Both the position numbers and the translations under genes were made by a program. Under the pieces are notes generated by a model that was given only the letters and a program-made list of their open reading frames with translations, did no database searches and was not told the origin of the DNA. Below are positions 17,633 through 24,000 of a stretch of 24,000 bases of DNA, in pieces (positions within the stretch are counted from its first letter, which is position 1; each line of letters opens with the position of its first letter). Source of the stretch: Nocardiopsis gilva YIM 90087 (lineage in GTDB: Bacteria; Actinomycetota; Actinomycetes; Streptosporangiales; Streptosporangiaceae); the NCBI RefSeq assembly GCF_002263495.1, contig NZ_CP022753.1:5486312-5510311 (forward strand), written 5' to 3'.

Positions 17633-19252
17633 ATGAGCAGCGACAGAGGGAGCGGCTCGGACGGCGTCGTGGACTTCTTCATCGGCGACTGGAACGTCAC
17701 CGACCGGCGTCAGAACCGGCGCATCCGGGAGCTGGAGGAGGGCCTCGACCAGGCCAATCAGCGCGTCTACCACGAGCGGAGTCGGCTCCGCTCCGAGCTG
17801 AGCCAGGTGCGCGGTTCGCTGGAGGCGCGGTTGGACGCGATCTCCGCCTCCTTCGACGCCTTCGTCGAACTGAGCGACCTCCGTGCCGTCCTCGCCATGT
17901 TCACCGACACCGCGCTGGCCCGCCACCGAACCCGGCAGATCCTCAGCGGCGACCGGCCGGACGAGCTGCACCTCGACGACGACTCCGGGTACTGGCTGGT
18001 CCCGGCCGCCTACGGCCTGCATGCTCTGACCAGAGGCGACGTGGGGACCGCTCAGGCCCGGTTCGCCGAGGCGGCCGAGCGCGACCAGCTGCGCGCCCAG
18101 GTCTTCGCGGCACTCGCCACGGCGGTCATCGCGCCTGAGCACACGCCCGCGATCGCCGGACACATGCTGCCGAACCTGCTGCCCGAACTTCCCAATCAGG
18201 TGAAGCGCTGGCAGCGGGCGCTGTGGCTGCTGACCGCCGACGGTGTGCTGGGCGAGGGCGCCCGGGAAGAACTGCGGCTGCGGACGCAGTCGGCGCTCCG
18301 TGAGCGAGGCCGCCCGCCGGTCCATGCGGACGCCTGGCAGACCGCGGGATCACCGCCCAGGCTGGAACGGTCGCCCGTCTCCCTCAGCGGAACGGGCGAA
18401 ATCCGGGACCGGCTGGTCGCGGCCGCCCAGCTCCGCGCCCTTCGCGAACGACTGGAGCAGGCGTTCGACAGCGCAGCAGCCGAAGTGGGCGAGGATGTGC
18501 CCGATACACCTCTGTCCCCCACACCGCTCGTGGCCGAGACGCTGCGGATGCTGATCGACGAGGGGAGCCCGGAAGAGGCCCCTCTGTTGGAGCGCGCCCT
18601 CCAGCTGCGCGGCGTCATCGAGAGCAGCGGTAGCGCCTCCGCAGAGACCCGGCGCCCCACGTGGAATGCCGAGGTGGGCTCGTCGGCTCAGTTCCTCCTG
18701 TCGGACGCTACGGACTCCACGGCCCCCATGGCACGGCGGACGTTCGCCTTCTCGTTCCAATCCACCCACGCGCTGTCGGTGGCCGAATCCCTCGCACAGC
18801 AGGCACAACAGCCGTGGACCGGCCAGGCCGTCCTCACCGAGCAGGGCCAGCGCGTCCCCGTCACTCCGGACGGCCCCGTGCGCGACGCGCTCCTCGACGC
18901 CGAGGCGGCGATCGCGGCTCGCTACCCGGCGCGCGGCTCGGAACGTCGGCCCGCCGTGTTCGCGGGTGCGGCCATCGGTGTCCTCCTGCTCGCGGTCGGC
19001 GCGACCGCCGCTTCCCTGCTGGCGGTGCTCGGCGGCGTCGCGGCGTTCTGCTGGTCCGGTTGGGCCCTGCTGCAGGACAGCGACGACCACCGAAACACCG
19101 CCGCGGCCGCCGAGCAGCATCAGGAGCGGATGCGCACGGCTACGGACAAGGCCACGCGACACCTGCGCTATCTCCTCGACGAGGCCGACGCGGCCGGTGC
19201 CCGGGCCGCCCAGGACCTGGAGGCGATCCGGCGGCTGCTCGACCGGTTCTGA
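17633..19252 (+). CDS. Uncharacterised 539-aa protein: N-terminal coiled coil, long helical middle, C-terminal TM hairpin, terminal short coiled coil
   Basis: GC3 is consistently high over 1.6 kb. ATG start with a GGGG-rich SD. Heptad-like segment RRIRELEEGLDQANQRVYHERSRLRSELSQVRGSLEARLD. Hydrophobic stretch at aa 441-480 (nt 18953-19072): AVFAGAAIGVLLLAVGATAASLLAVLGGVAAFCWSGWALL. No family motif recognised. Confidence 0.75.
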   Translation: MSSDRGSGSDGVVDFFIGDWNVTDRRQNRRIRELEEGLDQANQRVYHERSRLRSELSQVRGSLEARLDAISASFDAFVELSDLRAVLAMFTDTALARHRTRQILSGDRPDELHLDDDSGYWLVPAAYGLHALTRGDVGTAQARFAEAAERDQLRAQVFAALATAVIAPEHTPAIAGHMLPNLLPELPNQVKRWQRALWLLTADGVLGEGAREELRLRTQSALRERGRPPVHADAWQTAGSPPRLERSPVSLSGTGEIRDRLVAAAQLRALRERLEQAFDSAAAEVGEDVPDTPLSPTPLVAETLRMLIDEGSPEEAPLLERALQLRGVIESSGSASAETRRPTWNAEVGSSAQFLLSDATDSTAPMARRTFAFSFQSTHALSVAESLAQQAQQPWTGQAVLTEQGQRVPVTPDGPVRDALLDAEAAIAARYPARGSERRPAVFAGAAIGVLLLAVGATAASLLAVLGGVAAFCWSGWALLQDSDDHRNTAAAAEQHQERMRTATDKATRHLRYLLDEADAAGARAAQDLEAIRRLLDRF

Positions 19253-19276
19253 TCCGGGGCGGCGGCCCCGGATCAG
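19249..19276. terminator. Perfect 12-bp-stem hairpin between convergent genes (bidirectional terminator candidate)
   Basis: CTGATCCGGGGC-GGCG-GCCCCGGATCAG. The stop codon TGA (19250-19252) of the 539-aa ORF lies in the 5' arm. There is no clear T-tract on either side. Confidence 0.55.
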
Positions 19277-19305
19277 CTCGCGGCGGCGGGTTCGGCGCGC
19301 GCCGA

Positions 19306-20934
19306 CTAACCCATGTGCGGGTACCTCCAGTCCGTCGGGGCGACGAAGGTCTCCTTGATCGCCCGCGGGCTCGCCCAGCGGGCCATGTTGAACAGGGACC
19401 CAGCCTTGTCGTTGGTACCGCTGGCCCGCGCGCCGCCGAAGGGCTGCTGGCCGACGATCGAGCCGGTCGGCTTGTCGTTGACGTAGAAGTTCCCGGCGGA
19501 GAACCGCAGCGCCGCGTCGGCGGTGGCGACGGCGTTGCGGTCGCGGGCGATGATCGCTCCGGTCAGGGCGTAGGGCGCGATGTCGGCCATCTGGGCCAGC
19601 ACCCGCTCGTAGTCGGAGTCGTCGTAGACGTGCACGGCGAGGATCGGGCCGAAGTACTCGGTGCGGAACACCTCGTCCTCTGGGTCGTCGCACTGCAGCA
19701 CCGTCGGCTGCACGAAGTAGCCGACCGAGTCGTCGACGGTGCCGCCGGCGAGGATGCTGATCGAGTCGGTCTCCGCGGCCCGCTTCAGCGCGGCGGCGTT
19801 CTTGGCGAAGGCCCGCTCGTCGATGACCGCGCCCATGAACGTGGACAGGTCGCCGGTGACGTCGCCCATGGTCAGCGACTTGACGTCGGTGAGCAGGTCG
19901 TCGCGGACGGCGGACCACAGGCTGCGCGGCACATAGGCGCGCGAGGCCGCCGAGCACTTCTGCCCCTGGTACTCGAACGCGCCCCGGACCAGCGCGGTGC
20001 GCAGCACGTCGGGGTCGGCGGAGGAGTGCGCGACGACGAAGTCCTTGCCGCCGGTCTCGCCGACGATCCGCGGGTAGGAGGCGTAGTCCGCGATGTTCTC
20101 CCCGACGGTCCGCCACAGGTGCTGGAAGGTGCGGGTGGAGCCGGTGAAGTGGATCCCGGCGAGGTCGGGCTGGGCCAGCGCGACCCGGGACACCGCGGTG
20201 CCGTCCCCGGTGACCATGTTGATCACGCCGGGTGGCAGGCCCGCCTCCTCCAGCAGCCGCATCAGCTGCCAGGCCGAGAAGGTCTGCGTGGGCGAGGGCT
20301 TCCACACCACCACGTTGCCCATCAGGGCGGGGGCGGTGGGGAGGTTGCCCCCGATGGCGGTGAAGTTGAACGGGGTGATGGCCAGGACGAAGCCTTCCAG
20401 CGGACGCAGCTCCTGCCGGTTCCACACGCCGCGCGACGAGATCGGCTGTTCCTCGTAGAGCCGGCGGGCGAAGGCGACGTTGAACCGCCAGAAGTCGATC
20501 AGCTCGCAGGCGGAGTCGATCTCGGCCTGCTGCACCGACTTGGACTGGCCGAGCATGGTCGCGGCGTTGACCGTGGCCCGCCACGGCCCGGCCAGCAGGT
20601 CGGCGGCGCGCAGCAGGATCGCGGCGCGGTCGTCGATCGACATCGCGCGCCACGCGGGGGCGGCGGCGCGGGCGGCGCTGATCGCCTCGTGTACGTCGGT
20701 GTCGGTGGCATTGGCCATCCGGCCGAGGACGTGGGCGCGCTTGTGCGGCTGGACGGCGTCGATGAGCTCACCGGCACCGAGCCGGGTCACCCCGCCGACG
20801 GTCTGGCCGAGCTCGTACTCACGACTGGTCTGGCGATCGATCTCGGCCGCCAGCTCCGCGCGCTCCGGGGTCCCCGGCGCGTAGCTCAGGTTGGGTTCGT
20901 TGACGGGAACGGGCACCCGTGTCACGGCATCCAT
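19306..20934 (-). CDS. pruA: L-glutamate gamma-semialdehyde (1-pyrroline-5-carboxylate) dehydrogenase
   Basis: ATG 20934 with a GGGAGG SD gives 543 aa starting MDAVTRVPVPVNEPNLSYAPG. Aldehyde-dehydrogenase motifs VGETGGKDF and the catalytic Cys in FEYQGQKCSAASR are present. The track start at 21078 adds 48 non-conserved residues. Confidence 0.93.
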   Translation of the reverse strand: MDAVTRVPVPVNEPNLSYAPGTPERAELAAEIDRQTSREYELGQTVGGVTRLGAGELIDAVQPHKRAHVLGRMANATDTDVHEAISAARAAAPAWRAMSIDDRAAILLRAADLLAGPWRATVNAATMLGQSKSVQQAEIDSACELIDFWRFNVAFARRLYEEQPISSRGVWNRQELRPLEGFVLAITPFNFTAIGGNLPTAPALMGNVVVWKPSPTQTFSAWQLMRLLEEAGLPPGVINMVTGDGTAVSRVALAQPDLAGIHFTGSTRTFQHLWRTVGENIADYASYPRIVGETGGKDFVVAHSSADPDVLRTALVRGAFEYQGQKCSAASRAYVPRSLWSAVRDDLLTDVKSLTMGDVTGDLSTFMGAVIDERAFAKNAAALKRAAETDSISILAGGTVDDSVGYFVQPTVLQCDDPEDEVFRTEYFGPILAVHVYDDSDYERVLAQMADIAPYALTGAIIARDRNAVATADAALRFSAGNFYVNDKPTGSIVGQQPFGGARASGTNDKAGSLFNMARWASPRAIKETFVAPTDWRYPHMG

Positions 20935-21199
20935 GAACGCCTCCCGAATGGGTCTGCGTCCACTGGCATACCCGGATCGACCAGACGGGTATCGCGGTGT
21001 CGCGCCGTGGAGTTGCGGCGTTGTCGGCGAATGCGCTCCGGTCGGCACACGGTCGTCGGCGCCCGGCGCCAAGGCCAATTCCTACAGCCAATAATTCGGG
21101 TGAGAGGTTGGAGCGGAGCTCCGCCGCGCGCCACCGCCCCGCCATGACGTGGCTCACATTTCGTCGTTCAATCCGATACCACAAACGTTACTCGCGAGT

Positions 21200-21211
21200 T
21201 AAGCTGCGCTC
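21200..21211 (+). promoter_or_regulatory. Putative -10 element (TAAGCT) plus 6-nt spacer in front of GTG 21212 (leaderless geometry for the AraC regulator)
   Basis: TAAGCT fits TANNNT. Exactly 6 nt separate it from the GTG start. No SD is present. This is the same geometry as at 2412-2424. Confidence 0.3.
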
Positions 21212-22324
21212 GTGTCGGACACGACGGTGACGATCGACTGCGTGCGCGTGGTGCTCTGGGGAGCGCGGCGGCGCGGTCTCGATGCCGGGCCGCTGCTGGT
21301 CGGGGCGGGCGTCCCGCCCTCGCTGCTCGATGCCCCGGGCGCACGCGTCCCCGCCGACCGCTTCGCCCGCCTGGTCCGTGCCGTGTGTGCCGCTCTCGAC
21401 GACGAGTTCCTCGGACTCGCCGACGAGGCCGTCCGGCCGGGCACGTTCGCGATGATGTGCCGCACCGCCATCCACTGCCCCGACCTCGGAGCGGCCCTGC
21501 GCCGGGCCGGGTCCTTCTACGCGCTGTTCCCCGGAGCGCCGCGCGCCCGGCTGAGCACCGACCCCGCGGAACCCGAGGGGCGCTGGGAGTTCAGCGTGCA
21601 CATGCCGCCGCGGATGGGGCCGTTCATCGAGTTGTGCCTGCTGGGCATCACGCTGCGGCTCGCGTCCTGGGCGATCGGGCGCCGACTGCGACCGTCGCTG
21701 GTGGAGCTCGCCCACTCCCGCGCGTCCTCGGTCGCCGACCACGCGGCCGTGCTGGGCGATCGGATCCGCTACGAGCGCGCCCGCCCGGCCCTGGTGATCG
21801 ACGCCGCCGACCTCGCCGCGCCGATCGTCCGCGACGAGCACGATCTGCGGGCGCTGCTGGCCGGATCCCCGGCGGGGCTGCTGGCCGGGCTGCGCCCCGC
21901 GGTCGCCACAAGCGAGCGGGTGCGGCGCATCCTCGACCGCGACATCGCCGGGGGCGTTCCCGCCGCCCACGAGGTCGCGGCTCGACTGAACATGAGCCCG
22001 CAGACGTTGCGCCGCCATCTGCGGGCCGAGGGGGTCTCCTTCCGGGAGATCCGCGACCGGGTGTTGCGGGACGCCGCGGTGTCGGCGCTGGCCGATGGCG
22101 GGTGGAGCGTCGCCGAGATCGCCGAGCACCTGGGCTTCTCCGAGGCCAGCGCCTTCCAGCGCGCGTTCAAGCGTTGGGCCGGGACCACCCCCGGCGCGTA
22201 CCGCAGCGCGCGGTGCTCCCCGCCGACGTGCAAGGGCGGGGAACACCGCTCGCTCACAGCTCCGCGGCGTCACAGGCAGAGCGGCGGCCGGGCCGAGTCG
22301 GGGTCGAGCGCGTTGAACACGTGA
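21212..22324 (+). CDS. AraC-family transcriptional regulator (N-terminal AraC-type effector-binding-like domain, C-terminal double HTH)
   Basis: C-terminal segment VAARLNMSPQTLRRHLRAEGVSFREIRDRVLRDAAVSALADGGWSVAEIAEHLGFSEASAFQRAFKRWAGTTPGAYR. It is divergent from pruA. The last ~40 aa after the HTH look like GC-rich run-on and overlap the 3' end of the convergent lipase gene by 55 nt. Confidence 0.85.
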   Translation: MSDTTVTIDCVRVVLWGARRRGLDAGPLLVGAGVPPSLLDAPGARVPADRFARLVRAVCAALDDEFLGLADEAVRPGTFAMMCRTAIHCPDLGAALRRAGSFYALFPGAPRARLSTDPAEPEGRWEFSVHMPPRMGPFIELCLLGITLRLASWAIGRRLRPSLVELAHSRASSVADHAAVLGDRIRYERARPALVIDAADLAAPIVRDEHDLRALLAGSPAGLLAGLRPAVATSERVRRILDRDIAGGVPAAHEVAARLNMSPQTLRRHLRAEGVSFREIRDRVLRDAAVSALADGGWSVAEIAEHLGFSEASAFQRAFKRWAGTTPGAYRSARCSPPTCKGGEHRSLTAPRRHRQSGGRAESGSSALNT

Positions 22325-23245
22325 CGGTGCACCACCGGGTCGAACGCGGCGGCGATGTGCCCGGAGATGTTGGTCGTGCAGCGGTCCTGCAGCACGATGT
22401 TGGTGACGTCGTCCCCTCGAGATACCCGCTGGTGTAGGGCTGCACGAAGATGTCGTACCTGGTCATGATGGTCGTGTAGGTCACGCCGGGGACAGCGGCC
22501 CCGCCCTCGTTCATCTTCTCGAGGAAGTCGGACCCGGTCAGGAACTGTCGGCAGGGGCCGCAGATCTGGTCGACGGACCGCCCCACGGTCGGGTCCAGGC
22601 CCCAGGCGATGGCGATCCGGTTGACCTCGGCCGCGCCGAAGAAGGCGGTGCCGTCCCACAGCGGAGTGAGCGCAACGTAGTTGCGGACCTTCTCGGCGCC
22701 GCCGAGGAACTTGACGTAGTAGTTGGGCATCAGGCTGCCCTCGGAGTGGCCGACGATGTCGACCTCCTGCGCGCCGGTGGCCTCCAGCACCTTGTCGACA
22801 TAGTCGGAAAGCTCTTCGGCGCTCTCCTCCATCGGCACTGCCCCGCCCACCGCGCTGAGCGGGAGCGGCAGCTCGCTGCGCAGGCCGTAGGTGGGGGCGA
22901 ACACGCAGTATCCGCGCGCCGCCAGACGCGGGGAGAGGAGCTGCCAGTTGGCGAACCCGTTGGCGCCGTAACCGTGCAGCAGGACCACCGGCCGGGGGTG
23001 CTCCTCCGTGGGGCGGCAGGAGAAGTCGTTGGCTCCGGGCGCGTCCGGCCAGGGGTCGGCGCCGGACCGCGGTTCGGGCATCTGCGGGATGTCGACCCCG
23101 GGACCCCCCATCAGGAGGGCGTCGGCGGAGTCGGAGGCGGCGGAGGGCCCAGCGGGCGCGGTGTCGGCCGCGGCGGTGCCGTTGACGAGCAGGCCGCCGA
23201 CCAGAAGCGCGGAGGCCGCCGCCGCGAGCAGGGGATATGACGCAT
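22270..23245 (-). pseudogene. Secreted alpha/beta-hydrolase lipase/esterase (EstA/LipA-like), reading frame broken twice in this sequence
   Basis: ATG 23245 with a GAGGAAAGGG SD. Signal-peptide frame (M R H I P)-LLAAAASALLVGGLLVNGTAAA, then PVVLLHGYGANGF, the nucleophile elbow GHSEG and TRYDIFVQPYTSGYLEG. The C-terminal part DDVTNIVLQDRCTTNISGHIAAAFDPVVHRHVFNALDPDSARPPLCL* is in another frame. One extra nt in the run at 23231-23234 and one in the run at 22413-22416 restore a single 325-aa ORF: 976 nt + 2 = 978. Confidence 0.75.
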
Positions 23246-23300
23246 GGGTGACCCTTTCCTCGGGTGATCGGGTGAGGTGGCGACGCGGAATGCCCGGTCG

Positions 23301-24000
23301 TCAGGCGGGACGTGGCGCGTCGTACAGGTCGTCCAGAAGCTGCTGGTAGCGCTGGGCGACGATGCTGCGGCGGAGCTTCAGCGACGGCGTGAGCTCGCCG
23401 GTCTCCACGGAGAAGTCGCGCGGGAGGATCGCGAACGCGCGCACCCGCTCGGGGCGGGAGTAACGGGCCCCGACATCGGCCACGACCTCCTCGATGAGCG
23501 CACGGACGTCGGGATGGGCGGCGAGGTCCGCCTGGTCCTCGGGCAGGCCCCGCTCGCGTGCCCAGGGGATGATCTCGTCGGGGTCCAGGGTCACCAGCGC
23601 GGCGAGGTGGGGACGGCGGTCGCCGAAGACGATGGCGTGCGAGATCCAGCGGGAGCCGCGCAGGTCGCCCTCGATGTTGGCGGGGCTGATGTTCTTGCCG
23701 CTCGCCGGGATGATCAGGTCCTTTTTCCGGCCGGTGACGCAAAGGTAGCCGTCGGCGTCGAAGTCGCCGAGGTCGCCGGTGTGCAGCCAGCCGTCGGCGA
23801 GGATCTCGGTGGTCGCCGCCGGGCGCGGTGGTAGCCGGAGAACACGTTGGCCCCGCGGGCCAGGATCTCGCCGTCCTCGGCGATGCGGATCTCGACCCCC
23901 GGCAGGGGACGCCCCACGGTGCCGAAGCGCCGGTCGGCGGGGCTGTTGAGGGTGAGGACCGCAGCGGACTCGGTCATCCCGTAGCCCTCGTTGACCGGGA
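23301..24000 (-). pseudogene. AMP-dependent (long-chain) acyl-CoA synthetase, 3' part; frame broken once; the 5' end lies beyond the window
   Basis: ...[18 protein letters not shown]...[34 protein letters not shown] is in one frame. [53 protein letters not shown]...[18 protein letters not shown]...[20 protein letters not shown] is in another. The switch is at the GGG/CC run around 23821-23823. Confidence 0.7.

Noticed and set aside
20935-21078. 48-aa N-terminal extension of pruA
   Set aside because: The internal ATG 20934 has a GGGAGG SD at ideal spacing and gives the canonical 543-aa length. The extension is low-complexity.
18350-21147. 767-aa (-) and 828-aa (+) ORFs spanning the 3' part of the 539-aa gene, the terminator hairpin and pruA
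   Set aside because: They cross a convergent intergenic hairpin. Their translations are Arg/Gly/Pro-rich. They are antisense or out of frame to pruA, whose motifs are unambiguous. They are GC-driven stop-codon scarcity artefacts.
22254-22324. Overlap of the AraC ORF 3' end with the convergent lipase gene as a sign of a fourth frameshift
   Set aside because: All three plus-strand frames stay open for about as long after the HTH (PGAYR), so no indel is needed to explain the long tail. It is most simply GC-rich run-on to the first available stop.
1-24000. CRISPR arrays, tandem repeats, IS elements, toxin-antitoxin pairs and known defence-system genes
   Set aside because: No regularly spaced direct repeats were seen by eye. 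No terminal inverted repeats flank a transposase-like ORF. No small two-gene cassettes with overlapping stop/start codons were found. The gene content is housekeeping.

Overview
Visibly high-GC actinobacterial chromosome segment. Third-codon-position GC is extreme in every real gene, and most long overlapping or antisense ORFs in the track are shadow artefacts. This is core housekeeping territory, not an obvious accessory island: I see no transposase, integrase, CRISPR array or recognisable defence gene. Gene order: [+] 3' end of a Stealth-family phosphotransferase, a class-V aminotransferase and a small hypothetical; [-] a 65-aa membrane protein; [+] an Rv1473-like ABC-F ATPase; [-] ssrA (tmRNA, tag ANSKRTEFALAA), a PBP-like lipoprotein, smpB, ftsX, ftsE, prfB, a doubtful small membrane ORF, a 1631-aa NAD-glutamate dehydrogenase and a HAD-like protein; [+] an orphan 539-aa coiled-coil/membrane protein; [-] pruA; [+] an AraC-family regulator; [-] a secreted lipase and an acyl-CoA synthetase that runs off the window. 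Candidates for something new, in order: (1) a leaderless 7-codon uORF plus an SD-sequestering hairpin/T-tract directly upstream of the ABC-F gene, which looks like a ribosome-sensing attenuator; (2) a class-B PBP-fold lipoprotein with all three catalytic motifs substituted, placed in the ftsE-ftsX-smpB transcription unit between smpB and ssrA; (3) an orphan membrane-anchored coiled-coil protein between gdh and pruA; (4) a ~500-nt structured non-coding spacer upstream of ssrA; (5) three 1-nt homopolymer frameshifts within 1.4 kb that disrupt the lipase and the acyl-CoA synthetase. I cannot show a multi-gene 'new system' from the sequence alone. All family assignments come from motif recognition by eye, not from database searches.
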